A DNA stretch of 64,000 nt, from contig OZ316892.1 of the NCBI GenBank assembly GCA_973895155.1, positions 17,908,357 through 17,972,356 of the forward strand. Reading direction: 5' to 3'. The notes beneath the pieces are model-generated. The model ran no database searches. It was not told the origin of the DNA and was given only the letters and a program-made list of their open reading frames with translations. Within the stretch, counting starts at the first letter, position 1; every line of letters starts with the position of its first letter. Shown one piece after another: positions 12,260 to 23,600 of the stretch. Both the position numbers and the translations under genes were made by a program. The DNA is from Marsupella aquatica. Its lineage: Eukaryota; Plantae; Marchantiophyta.

Positions 12260-15200
12260 CTATTGTAATGAGGGGTCCAAATCCTCTACTACAACTACAC
12301 TTGGCTTGTCTTGAACAATGGATCGTGAGCGAGGGATGTAAGGCATAACAATGGACCACTCTGGGTCATTCGGATAAGGAAGATAGAAAGATTGCTCCAA
12401 ATGATGGGGAAATGCAAATGGATCTGAGGTTCTCCAATTGGAACTAATGACACTAGTTGCACTGGTCTTCAATCGTGTGAACCCACATGCATCTTCCTCA
12501 CAGGTCCGATTATGGCCAACAAGATTCATCCAAAACCATTTGCACTTGAACACCACCTCCTCCAAGGTTGTATGGGCATAATAATTTATGATAAGAATCT
12601 CCTCTATCTTCCCATAGTGGGCCACAATTGAACGTATTGGATTCCGGTCAGAAGTGCTACTTTGTGACTCTTGGGTGAACCACCCCATCACCCCACAATG
12701 TTGTGTTGCTGCTCTCTTCATATCAAGATGTTGGATTCGAAAATGCCTCCCCTTTGACCACATGGCTGTTCGAGTCGTGACCGTGAGTAATGGACCATGA
12801 ACAAGGGTGCGCATGTCATTGGTGACCTTCGAAAAGTGCAAAACACTCTCACCCTGACCCAACAAGGCATCAATCTCTGTCAACTTCTCCTTCATATATG
12901 GGAGAAACTTGGGGAAGAGGCGTGGCCGACGACTATTACTCTTCTCCTCCTCATAAAATGCAGTCCACTCCCTTGCAATCTCTGGTGAGTTATACAACAT
13001 GAATGTGGTGAGTTGCAGACGTTCAGCAGAGCCTAGTAGTCGTTCTCCCTTTGCTCCAGTGAGTCTATCCTCCTCATAATCTGCCTCTCATGCTGACTCA
13101 TCTATCCAACCCCTTGGAGCATTTGGATCAAGTGTAGCCACAATGTTTGTACAATAGAACATACTCTCTGCTCCAAGGTGACGTTCGGCAATGCTACCTT
13201 CCACCCTAGCACGGTTTGATACATATGATTTCATGACTCCCATGAATCGCTCTACCCAATACATCCAACGACAATGTACTGGGCCTGCAATGGCTACTTC
13301 ACGCACTAGATGTACAAGAAAATGAACTTGACCATCAAAGAAGGAAGGAGGGAGTGCTCGCTCCAACTTGCACACAACCTCCACTCCAAATACCTCCATG
13401 GCAGCAATCTCTCCCTCGTTGACCTCCTTTTGACAAACCCATCTCAACAATCTACTCAATGACCAAAGTGCATCCCGAAGATCCTCGCTGCCCAATCCAA
13501 TAATAGCAACTGGAATAACGTGTTGCAATAGACGATGATAATCGTGGGTCTTCAAGAAAGCTGGCCATTTTGGAGAGTCATCTCCACCAAATGTCTTGCG
13601 AAGATTGGCACCATACCCTGTAGGAAACCGCATTGACCCTATCCGCTTGGGAAACTCTATTCGCTCACTCCTTGTGAAAACCCATGGGGGATGGATAGTA
13701 AGGGGAGGGTCAGGGTCCATAGATGGCCAAAAACCATGAAGGCCATGCATCCCCATCTCCTCACAACTCTCCCTCCAATTGTTGTTTTTCTCTCCATATA
13801 GATGGCGGATCAATGACCTCCCAACATTCCCCTCAATATGCATAGGGTCCAATAGATGATTTATCGGCATGTGTTCCCAATATGGAAGTTGTGCCAATGC
13901 AGAAAAACGGGTCATGCCACATCTAGCCAAGGGTAATGGGTCATCTAGATCAGTCACCCTCTCCCATACCTCCTTCCAATATATTGGGTCCTTCGGTAAA
14001 GGCTGAGGTCTTGTGTCTGGCTGGCCCTCATCCGTGTCATACAAAAATGGATCATACCTCCAGTCATGCCCCTCAGGAAGATACTTTGTGTGACCAATGT
14101 AAACTATCTTCTGCAGGGTGGTAGACTTTGGGCACGCCACTCCCTCCAAGTCTAGTCCACAAGTTGGGCAAGCACGATATCCAGAAGTTTGCAAGCCAGA
14201 AATATATCCAAACCCTTCACAAACAATGGTCACAAATTAAAACCCATTAAGTTTTGAAACCAAACCAAAGGGAACAAAATAAACAGAACGATATATATAT
14301 ATATGGGTAGCTGCACAAGTCATACTTAATTTATAAAGAGTTGGGTACCTGGAAGATCATGCATGGTCCACATAAGAATGGCTTTGAGTTGAAACTCACG
14401 GGGTAAACCCCCTGTATGCACTCGACCATCATAGCAATCCACTCCCCCCCAAAGTTTCTGTAGCTCCTCAATCAACGGTTGCAAGTATACATCAATCTTC
14501 TTCACTTGCTTAGGGCCAGGAATAATCATAGATAGGAGCAAATGACCCTTCTTCATGGCCATCCATGGTGGGATGTTGTAGTTAGTGAGGACTACTGGCC
14601 AACAGAGTATGGTTTGGCCTTGCCGGCCAATGCAAATGGGCTAATGCCGTCTGATGCCAAACCAAGGCGAACTTGACGAGGGTCAGTCTTGAACTCACCC
14701 CAACACTCTTCCACAAATCTGTTTGCAGGAGAGTCAACCATCATGCGCATGGTTGGATCCTGAGTAGTGTCTGAACGGTGTTGGGAATGCCATACCATAT
14801 ACTTAGCCAACTCTGCGCATCGAAACTGGTGACGCAAACGAGGAATAAGGGGAAAGTACCTCATAACCTTTTGAGGTACTCTTCCTGTCAACATATCCTC
14901 ACGATATCTTGGCGCATTGCACACAGGACATGTAAGAGCATTTGAGTGCTCCTTCCTGAACAAAACACAATCATTCACACAAGCATGTATGACCTCATAC
15001 TTGAGGCCTATGGACTTCAGCACTTTCTTCGCCTCTTTTCATGATGCTGGCAAGTTGTTCCCCTCTGGTAACATACGATCATGCAATGTCCTGAAAATAC
15101 CATCAAGAAGCAAGTTGCTTGCTCCATGTCTTTGCTGCAAGTTCAGTAATAACATGATTGCTGAAAGACGAGATAATCTAGACCCCTCAAAAAGACAAGT

Positions 15201-15512
15201 TTGTGCATGCTCTTGAGCCTCCTCCCACTGGTGCGAGTGTGGATTCCGTGAAGGAGTATGCCTATGAGGAGGAGGTAAGTCAATATCCTCCCAGTCACCT
15301 GGGTCATGATCACCCCGGGGATCACCCTCATCTGCATCCATGAATTGGTGCATCAACTCATCCATAGCCCGGTCCTCATCCACTCTTTCTTGGGTAGCAT
15401 TAGGTAGTTCATGTGGAATGTCCATATCCTCAAAAGGTTGACCCCCTTGCCTACCATCCATGGCCTGGAGGAGATGTTGTCGCACAGCTCGTGATAATAC
15501 CTCAATATCTGG
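12260..15512 (-). pseudogene. CACTA TnpD/Tnp2 transposase (Transposase_21, DUF4218, DUF4216-like regions), disrupted
   Basis: Motifs IHACVNDCVLFR...CPVCNAPRY, MRYFPLIPRL, DPRQVRLGLASDG, IIPGPK..IDVYLQPLIEEL, MHDLPG^FGYISG (intron 14348-14215), DPMHIEGNV, LKTHDYH, GPVHCRWMYWVERFM, FKCKWF and DPFAFP. Lesions: in-frame TGA at 15039-15041, 1-bp deletion near 14600 (YSV/WPVVLTNYNIPPW), in-frame TGA at 13088-13090. Confidence 0.93.
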
Positions 15513-15699
15513 CTGAACAAATGCATTCTATCATACACAAAAGAAAACAATGAGAATGATATAAGTCCAGGTCTCTCAACCAACAATTGAGACATCCATA
15601 TATGAATGAGTCAAAAGACTCCATAGCTCTTGAAACCAATTAGAGAATGACTCAAGTAATATTTTTATAAAAGTGAACATATACACATGTTTGTATGTG

Positions 15700-16659
15700 C
15701 TATGAAGGACAACACCGTATGGCCATCTTAGGCGCGTTCCAATCATAGTCACAAAAGAGTTCCTCACCAGCCCTAATAGTCCTAATGGCTATAGTCATAA
15801 CATGGTCATCCATATGCTTGACATAGTAAGGTGGTGGCGGTGCCCCAAAAATCTGAACCCACTCTACATTTGGTTGAAGTCCTCGTCCTCTCCCTTTGGT
15901 ACTATTGATATACCTAGCAATGATATCACATCGCACAGGATCACCATCAATCATCCTACAATGCCAAGGCCTCTTGAGGACCTCATCCGCATCGGAATCC
16001 ATTTGCAATGCATACACTCCAAATGATGGTTGTTGCCACAAAATAATATTCCAATTCTTGGCAGTGTATATAGGGCCAATGTAAGGAAATAAGTGTTCCC
16101 CATCATAACCTCTTCGCCATGGCTTTGGATGGACCACAATGTCCTCCAAAGCAAATAACCCAAATCCTACATCAACACCAAGGGAAGATGACTGCACTAT
16201 CCAATGATGGCCCCATATCTCTATAGGGGCATTAGTGGGTATGCCTTGAGGGATTTTGAAGATCTCAGACGAGAAGTCCTTCACAAGAGGCAACGCCTTT
16301 CCAGTGAGATATGACAATCCCAACCTACCCTCCACTACCACATAACCCTCACCTGGCTTCATCATAGGCGGACCTACCAAGTTTGGGTCTTGAGACTCAC
16401 GAGTGCCCAATGGTTTGTAATGTCTCCTATGCCTATGGGAGCGTGGGCAGGTGCATAAAACCCTAGATGGAGGTACCTCCAAGTCACCTTGCTCAATGTC
16501 CTCCACCCTTGCTACAGGTACACTCCCGCCCTCACCATTGGGGCGCGGGGCAGGAGGAGGGGGTGTAGATGTTGATGCAAGCATCCGCCTTGCACTAGCC
16601 AAGAATGTGTCTAGCCATAGCTCTTTAGAGATCAATGGAGGAGGGGGCCTACGGGGCAC
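15700..16659 (-). CDS. SET-domain (lysine methyltransferase-like) terminal exon inside the CACTA element
   Basis: Open 319-codon frame starting right after an acceptor (ttgaatgaatAG|GTG). SET motifs in order: GVDVGFGLFA, FPYIG, IDG, IARYINS, PNV, TIAIRTIRAGEELFCDY (domain about 15745-16203). Confidence 0.85.
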   Translation of the reverse strand: MPRRPPPPLISKELWLDTFLASARRMLASTSTPPPPAPRPNGEGGSVPVARVEDIEQGDLEVPPSRVLCTCPRSHRHRRHYKPLGTRESQDPNLVGPPMMKPGEGYVVVEGRLGLSYLTGKALPLVKDFSSEIFKIPQGIPTNAPIEIWGHHWIVQSSSLGVDVGFGLFALEDIVVHPKPWRRGYDGEHLFPYIGPIYTAKNWNIILWQQPSFGVYALQMDSDADEVLKRPWHCRMIDGDPVRCDIIARYINSTKGRGRGLQPNVEWVQIFGAPPPPYYVKHMDDHVMTIAIRTIRAGEELFCDYDWNAPKMAIRCCPS

Positions 16660-16774
16660 CTATTCATTCAAAAAAAATCCAAAATTAATAAATATATGAT
16701 GATAGTGGCCATGATTGTAAGTGGCAAATTATGTTTCCTTCAAAATGTGTGGGGTGAGAGTATGGGGTGCATAC

Positions 16775-17031
16775 CTGGCGAGCTGAATGTCGTGGTAAAT
16801 CAGGTTGGTGTTGCCCATAATTCTCAATATGCTCAATACACTCCCAAGCTTGACGAACCACCATTCCCTTACATCGCACACACCAACATGGAATGGGGCC
16901 TAGAGGAGGAGGAGGATGATGCGGCCTCGGAGGGGGGGGGGAGGAATGTCCCCCTCAGAAGATGACGAGTCCGAGTCAGAAGATGACGAGTCCGAGTCAG
17001 AATCTGACTCGGAACTCCCAGAATTTGACAT
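16775..17031 (-). CDS. putative first coding exon shared by the TnpD and SET products (Ser/Asp-rich leader plus transposase-associated CxCxxC...H motif)
   Basis: ATG at 17031 (MSNSGSSESDSDS...) then IPCWCVRCKGMVVRQAWECIEHIENYG, ending at a phase-0 donor CAG|gtatgc. The length is 257 nt, so one extra base is needed, most likely in the G10 run at 16932-16941. Confidence 0.6.
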
Positions 17032-17845
17032 CTGCCCATCAATGTGAAAATTAATCACATGTCAAAAATCTTTCCCACCCATATTAAGTACCCTAAATAC
17101 AATATGTCAAGATTGGAACCTAGTTTACACTAAGCGAATAATTAAAAATAATGACTGTGCATCTTACCTAAATGATATCCGCGCTGAACAATGCCTACTA
17201 GGATCTTGGCCTTAAAATATATGCTAAGACAATATCCAAAATGTCTGCACAATTAAAGGAATATCATCAGAATTTATCTATACATATGTCCCCATAGAAT
17301 AATATCCACTATATATTGTGGCCATCAATGAAAAAAGTTTAGCCAAATATATACTTAAAGTGCTCACCTCCAAATGATAAAGGGAGTACATCATACCTTT
17401 CGGATGCAAGGCCTATCGCGATGCATAATGCATTGCAAAAATGGACCTACAAAAATACAAACAAAGAGAACGACCCAACCCTCCGCAAAAAAATACTGCA
17501 CAATACACGCACATGAGGTTAACTTTGTTTGGCCCCCAAAATTAAATCCACATACAAGGTGGATAAATTTGTCAAAACTTTTAATGTGAGTGGATCAATG
17601 ATCATACCATTCAACCCCAAAAGTATGTTGTCGTAAGGGGGACGTTACCGCACCTATAACCGGCTTTTATTCAAGAACCCCACCGCCCAAACAAAATCCG
17701 GCTACTCAACCAGGCCTACAATTACAATGCAAGTTTTCACATCAACTAAACTTACATTTCCTTACCACATCCCCAGCCCCCCCCCCATTGACTAACTTAT
17801 TATAAATCCATCCTTAAAGGCATAAAAAATAATGGACAAGCTAAG

Positions 17846-17933
17846 TCCGATCATATTGGAAGAGGGGTCCGATACTTTAAGCATCGCTATTTCCGATCCC
17901 GTTTTTTATAGTTGAAGTATCGGATGTTCCGAT
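17846..17933. promoter_or_regulatory. internal cluster of five TCCGAT/ATCGGA motifs between the divergent genes of the CACTA element
   Basis: Motifs at 17846, 17868, 17892, 17919 (reverse) and 17928. The segment gaagaggggtccgata matches the reverse complement of 11766-11781 in the left subterminal array. Confidence 0.6.
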
Positions 17934-17993
17934 TCTTAAAAAGTCAGATGGAGGGCACAATAGGGTTTGGTACTTTTCCCGACTAAAGTACAA

Positions 17994-19094
17994 ATGTCTT
18001 TGTATCGGGCTTGGTTTCGGATGCAACTTGGGAGGAGCTGCCGAGTGAACACAGAGCAGAGGAGCACGCATTGGAGGTCGAGGCTATGGAGGGGAATGGC
18101 ACGGATGGGGGGAGGAGACGAAGCAGCCAGGGTGGGTGGAGATGGAGCAGGGCCATCGCAGCAGATCTCGGACATTATGGCAGAGATTTTCAAGAGGCAA
18201 GCAGGCCTGTCTGCTGAAACTGCGGCCATAGCAGCTCAATTGACCCAGGGCCTGATTGACGAATCCAGGCAATCTGCCATAAGTGAAGCAGAGAAGGCTT
18301 TCATGGAGAGGCTAGAGAAAGGAAAGGAGAAAAAAAAAGAGGAAGGAGGAGAGGAAAGGCAGGCCAGTGGAGGCCCTCTCACCACAAGAAAGAGAGAAGA
18401 GCTTAGAAAGGAGGCTCGAGCTGCAGAGAGGGCAAGGATTGAGGAAGAGAGGCTACGAGTAGAGGAAAGGGCCAAACGGCCAAAATTGTTCATTAATAAG
18501 GGAGGAGCTCCGATGACAAAGAGCTACAATTTGTTCAGAAGTCAACTAGGGCAGGTGTTGAGGACAAATTTCAGCCCCTTAGACTACTGGGGGAAGAAGA
18601 AAGAAGAGGAGAAATTTCAAGCAAGGGAGCAAGTGAAGGAGCGATTCTGTAATGGCTGCTTCCTGGATGATCGATGGCTGAATAAGAAGATCTCACGTTC
18701 ACTTGCAGATAGACGTAATAATGTGAGAGAAAATATGAGGAAGTACCTGGCAGATTGTAAGGAGGAGGCAGAGGTGATCAGGCAGAGAGATGCCCCGGAT
18801 GAGATACCAGCTGATGCCTGGTCTGCTTGGATTGATGCTGAGCTACAGGTTCATGCTTGGCAAGCGAGACGTCACTAGCAGGCTGAGCTCGATGAGGCAG
18901 AGAAGAGGGTCCTTTCAGGACAGACTGTTGACATCCCCCTCCTGCAACAAAACTTAATGGAATGGGAGGCCAAATTAGCACTGCTTGGAGACCCTCCACT
19001 TTACATTCAAAATGCAATTGAGAGGGTGGAGAAGAGGCTTGCAGTTTCTCACCGAATGGGGCAGGGTGGAGCGCATCGTCTCAAAGCAGAGTTT
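17994..19094 (+). pseudogene. TnpA-like / Ptta-En/Spm accessory protein of the CACTA element, interrupted
   Basis: Charged coiled-coil N-terminus, WLNKKISRSLADRR and PDEIPADAW..W motifs. In-frame TAG at 18876-18878, then the same frame continues to HRMGQGGAHRLKAEF (HxxGxxG, as in Transposase_24) and a donor gtgagt at 19095. Confidence 0.65.
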
Positions 19095-19529
19095 GTGAGT
19101 CCTCTGCTCCCCTCCTCCTTGCTCGCACCAAATAGCTCCAAGCACCACAACTGCAACTGGATCTCATGCTGTCATTGATAGGGTCCTAGGGTTAGTGCCA
19201 GATGCCACTACCCGATCAGAGAGTTATCGCCCTCGTGCCAAGAAGAGGAAGGGACGACATGCACCAACATATGGATAGGCCAGGTAGCTTAGCATAGGAC
19301 CATTTGTAGGTAGGCCGCGATGCCATGCAGGTTGAGATGGATTATACACTTGTACATGTAAAGGTTGTACTTTCCATGCTAGAGGAAGCCATCCTCTTTT
19401 GTATATATAATGGCAGGGGTTTTCCCCCTTTTGAGTCTCACTACCATTCTTGCTACCCATGCTCACTTCCATGCATCCCAACATTGTAACCCCCACACCC
19501 CCAAAATTAATAATCAGAAATTTTACCCC

Positions 19530-20049
19530 ATCAATTATCCGATACTCCTCCGATCTTAAAACTATCAAAATGTCCGATTCTCTAAAACTCGGAATTTTCC
19601 ATCCCCAGAGAATCGATCTTTCCGATACCCTCGGTTACGGTCTTTCCAATACTTCTACTAATGGTATTTCCGATATTTCTAACGATGGTATTTTCGATCC
19701 TCTTATTTACGGTCTTTGCGTAACCTTTTGTTATGCAATATGCGATATTCAGAGTTACCCAAATTCCGATTCTCTACGTATCGGAAGTGTATCGGAAACA
19801 CTCAGCTTTTGGGCCGCCTCCCCTCTTCCCTTTCCGATTTTATGAACATCGGATGGCTGTTTTTCCGTTATTGTCGAGTACGCAAAGTGCGTTAATTTGA
19901 GTATCGCAAAGTCCGATTATCTTCCGATTGTCGTTATCCGATGGGTTGAGGATCAGAATTTGCGATACATTTAGAGTCGGATGAGATGTTTTTCTTGGAA
20001 AAATTTTACAAAGGGATCCGAAGGTGTTCGTATCGGAAATTGGCCTCAT
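19530..20049. repeat. right subterminal repeat array (TCCGAT/ATCGGA)
   Basis: More than a dozen copies in both orientations. Explains the spurious ORF 19450..19845. Confidence 0.9.
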
Positions 20050-21894
20050 AATGTACTAGTGTTAAGTAGGCATAATTTATAAGTATGATATCAAGAACTC
20101 ACTGACAATATTGAATCTCTCCAAAATCTCATTCATGTTATATTTTTGGGTGAGAATTAATTTTGGTGGTTTTCATATTGCCTCTTTTACCTGGTTGTCA
20201 AGTTTGCCAAAACTCCCTCTTAACCCTTGGCACCTCCCTTGCCTAACATGAGGATCTGTCTTGTAGTCTATGAGTGCCCTCCCTTGCGCAGGGATGGGCG
20301 AAACAGATGGGGAGGGAGAAGGAATGAATAGTCATGAATGGTTGTTGCCACAATCATACATGTTCCTCTGTGTGACGCAAACCCATGATGTGCCCAAATG
20401 TGGTGCCAAAACTTTTGGAAGGAGTTTCTAGTGGGGGTACACAATTATTATTATTTCTTGCTCATCCCTACCTCTCACATTCTGTTTTCACCTCTGTGGA
20501 ATCCTGTAGTTTCACCTTGCTCCTTCTCGTGACAAATTGTTCATCACAAGGGTGAGGCAGGAAGTGTCTTGGAAGCAAGGAGCTAGGCACTCACCTGCAT
20601 TTGATTGTCTCTCAACGTTTTTGTACGATGGATATGCATTGGGCTTGTCTAAATAAATATGAATTTTTATGAGGATCTCTATTTTGCATATTAAGTAAAA
20701 GTTGGCATTACTAGCCCCGGTTACTAGCAAACAAATCCATAAACTCTAAAACTATTAATAACACGGGTTTTTTTTAATTTTTTTGTGGAAAGACAAGTAT
20801 TCTCTTTGTTTGGGAAATTGTTCTTTATTATCATGATTTGTCTAGTAACTAATGACAAATGTAAAAAAGCAAATTCACATCAATCTCATTAATGGCAAAA
20901 TAATGGAAACAAAGAAAAAACCCATAAGTGTAGAACCATAATGATCATGTTGAAAAGGAACCAAGGTTATATAGATCCACCTTCATGAGAGTAGAAACAC
21001 TTGATTTCCTTCTTTTCAAAAGTTAATGCATTCTGGTACACACTTTTATTAGGGTCGGTATACTGTTTGACCTTAGTTGTAATTTCAAAATCAATAAGGT
21101 TACAAGTTAAGGGATTCTGCTTCACACATCTGCAATGGTAGGTGAACTGTTTGACCCCAATTGTAACTTCAAAATCAATAAGGTCATAAGTTTAAGGCAA
21201 TTGGTACACACATATGCAAGGTAGGTTTGACATGTTGTAACTTGAAGCAAGGATATAATACTTTAGAGTTAACATTACAATAATCTAACATTAAATACCA
21301 CTTCAAAATAATTTCCTCATAACTAGACCCTTCCACATGTTGACATCCTAATAATCCTTGCATCAAACTTCAATGTAAGCTTATCATAATCAAACCCTGG
21401 CTTCTATTCACCCCACCTTCCACATGTTCTTTTACCTCAAGTTGTATTCTTAACATTTTTTAACAATGTACCTGTTATATGTCCTTCAAGAGGGTTAAGA
21501 GAAGGCTCTATATGTCGCATTTCAAGCTTATTTACGGACCCCATGAGAAGTCTCTTGCAAATTCTCTGCCACGAGGTTGCGCCACATCATCACAACCAGC
21601 CACAAACAGGAATGATCCTACTTTTAACAATGACAAACATGCACATTCCTATTTGTGGCAAAAGTAATGTAATTTTGGGGGCGCCATGCCGTAAATATTA
21701 CATGTAAAAAAACAAAATACAAAGGAAGAGATGTCATTTAGTAAAATAAAGTTACCATTATGATGTTTGTCAAAGATGTATCAGTGTTTTATATCAAAAT
21801 GCTTGTATGTTTTAATTGTTTGCAAGTTTGAAAAAACCAATTGATAGAAATGTACATAGTTAAAACCCCTTTGGCTTCACATTGTAAAACTAAA

Positions 21895-22335
21895 TAATCA
21901 ATCTCCTTGGTACTTGATAAAATCTGTCAATGTTTGATTCATTGGAAAACTCAAGATCAAGATTTAGAAACATAGACCTATCATTGGAAAGCTAGAGTAA
22001 AATTAAAAACTCATCATCTCCTTAGTACTTGACAAAATCTATCAATGTTAGGTTCATTGGAAAGCTAAAGAATTTCAGATACTCATGATCTCTCTAATTC
22101 TTGACAAATAATCTCAATGTCACACATTAGAAAGTTGAAGAGATTGAAACTCTCATGATCTCTTTACTTACCATGACAAAATCTGACAATGTTGAACTCA
22201 ATGTTGGAAAGCAAAAAGAATTCATGTACTCATGATCAAAATTTCTTATACTCACACTCATTGGAAAGGCAAAGAAATTCAAAAACTCATTTAGAACTTT
22301 ATAAAATTTGTCAATCTGAGGCTCATTGGAAACCC
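21895..22335. repeat. degenerate tandem repeat (~60-80 bp units)
   Basis: Recurring atctc..tacttgacaaaatct.tcaatgtt and tcattggaaa(g/a)c segments. Confidence 0.6.
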
Positions 22336-23278
22336 TTTCTCGATTAAGAGATATCACAATCTCGTCATTGTCAAAAACTTAGCCGTTGCAAATTGATTTC
22401 TTTGATTACATCGTCATCGCTTGTCCACAATGCTTGCTTCCTGACTTGAATTGTTTGCATCCCTCTAGTCTTCAACTAAAGCTCACTGTGAAGACAGGTT
22501 GACGCCAAATGCAACCTCTATGTCAAAGAAACAATTGTTGGTCTCTCCCTCACACCATAGTTTTCTTAAATAAGAAAAACTACAAATCCTTCATGTAAAG
22601 TGATGGCCGCTCGTTCATTTTATGTGTTCTTCCCACCAAATCGACAAGCGTTCTTTTGCCAACAACTGAGTGTTGTCCTCCAGTCTGTCTTGTGGCGGTA
22701 ATGCTCAATGTAACTCACAAATTATCAATCAAGAATGGTAAAAACACAATTTCTCCAATAATATGTAAGCAAAAACCGTCAAAAAACTCAATTCCTCCAC
22801 ATTCAACCTTTTGTTTGATAAATCTCTTCTATCTTTTGAGCGTTTTCTTTAATACAAGTACACACCAACACCATCGGGAGACTCAAAACCGTCAGTCACT
22901 GCCTTGCTGAAAATTGATTTCACTTCATCATGCACACATTCTTTGGATGAACATGCGGGTCCACGGATTAATTGTTTATTACAAAAATTTATCATTTAAA
23001 ATCCACTTTATACCCAAACTGGAGACAAAAAGACTTTAATGTTTTTTCAATATTGATCTTTTTCAAAGCTTAACTACTGTCTAAGTTATTCATATTGATT
23101 AATGGCACCATAAAGGGCATAACATACTTATGTACGTCAACAATCATCCAAGCATGGATAGGTTTAGTTTGATGGAGTTGGTTGCATGGAGAAGTGACAT
23201 TACACTTCACACAAGTCTTCACACAAAAGAAATCTTGATGTTTGGATTCAAAACATCTAACGGTATAAACGTTCATTT

Positions 23279-23600
23279 TCAGTTGAAATGAAAGGCCACA
23301 CGAGTCTTCACACACAAAATAGATGTCAAAGATGCATTGTCCGCCATGAACCCTTGGATGACAACATCCTGTAATCCATTTTCCCTGAAAATCTCTATCA
23401 TAACTCTCCAAGCCTTTTTGAAAGACTTGGCGTCTTCACCTTTCAGCTCACATGTGAAAATTGTACAAAGAGCACGGAAGTTATGGTCGAAGATGTGCAC
23501 GCTAAAAGTAAACCAATCGGTTGTCACATGATGCATGACATCAAAACTCACCCAGGATCCTTTGAGTCTTCCACCGGTTGCATCTGCCGCAAAGATCTAC
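23279..23600 (-). pseudogene. Mutator-like (MULE) transposase catalytic-domain fragment
   Basis: GSWVSFDVMH...F.CELKGED.KS...W...GFMADNA fits the spacing of the first two acidic residues of MULE-type DDE domains. The frame breaks after FMADNA. Confidence 0.55.

Larger units (their letters stand above)
11564..20061. mobile_element. full-length CACTA/EnSpm DNA transposon (8498 bp) carrying TnpD, a TnpA-like gene and a SET-domain exon
   Basis: Perfect 12-bp TIRs CACTAGTACATT (11564-11575) / AATGTACTAGTG (20050-20061). 3-bp TSD TTA at 11561-11563 and 20062-20064. Dense subterminal TCCGAT/ATCGGA repeats at both ends. Internal Tnp2-family transposase. Confidence 0.97.

Noticed and set aside
19450-19845. 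131-aa ORF rich in SD dipeptides
   Set aside because: By-product of the TCCGAT subterminal repeats.
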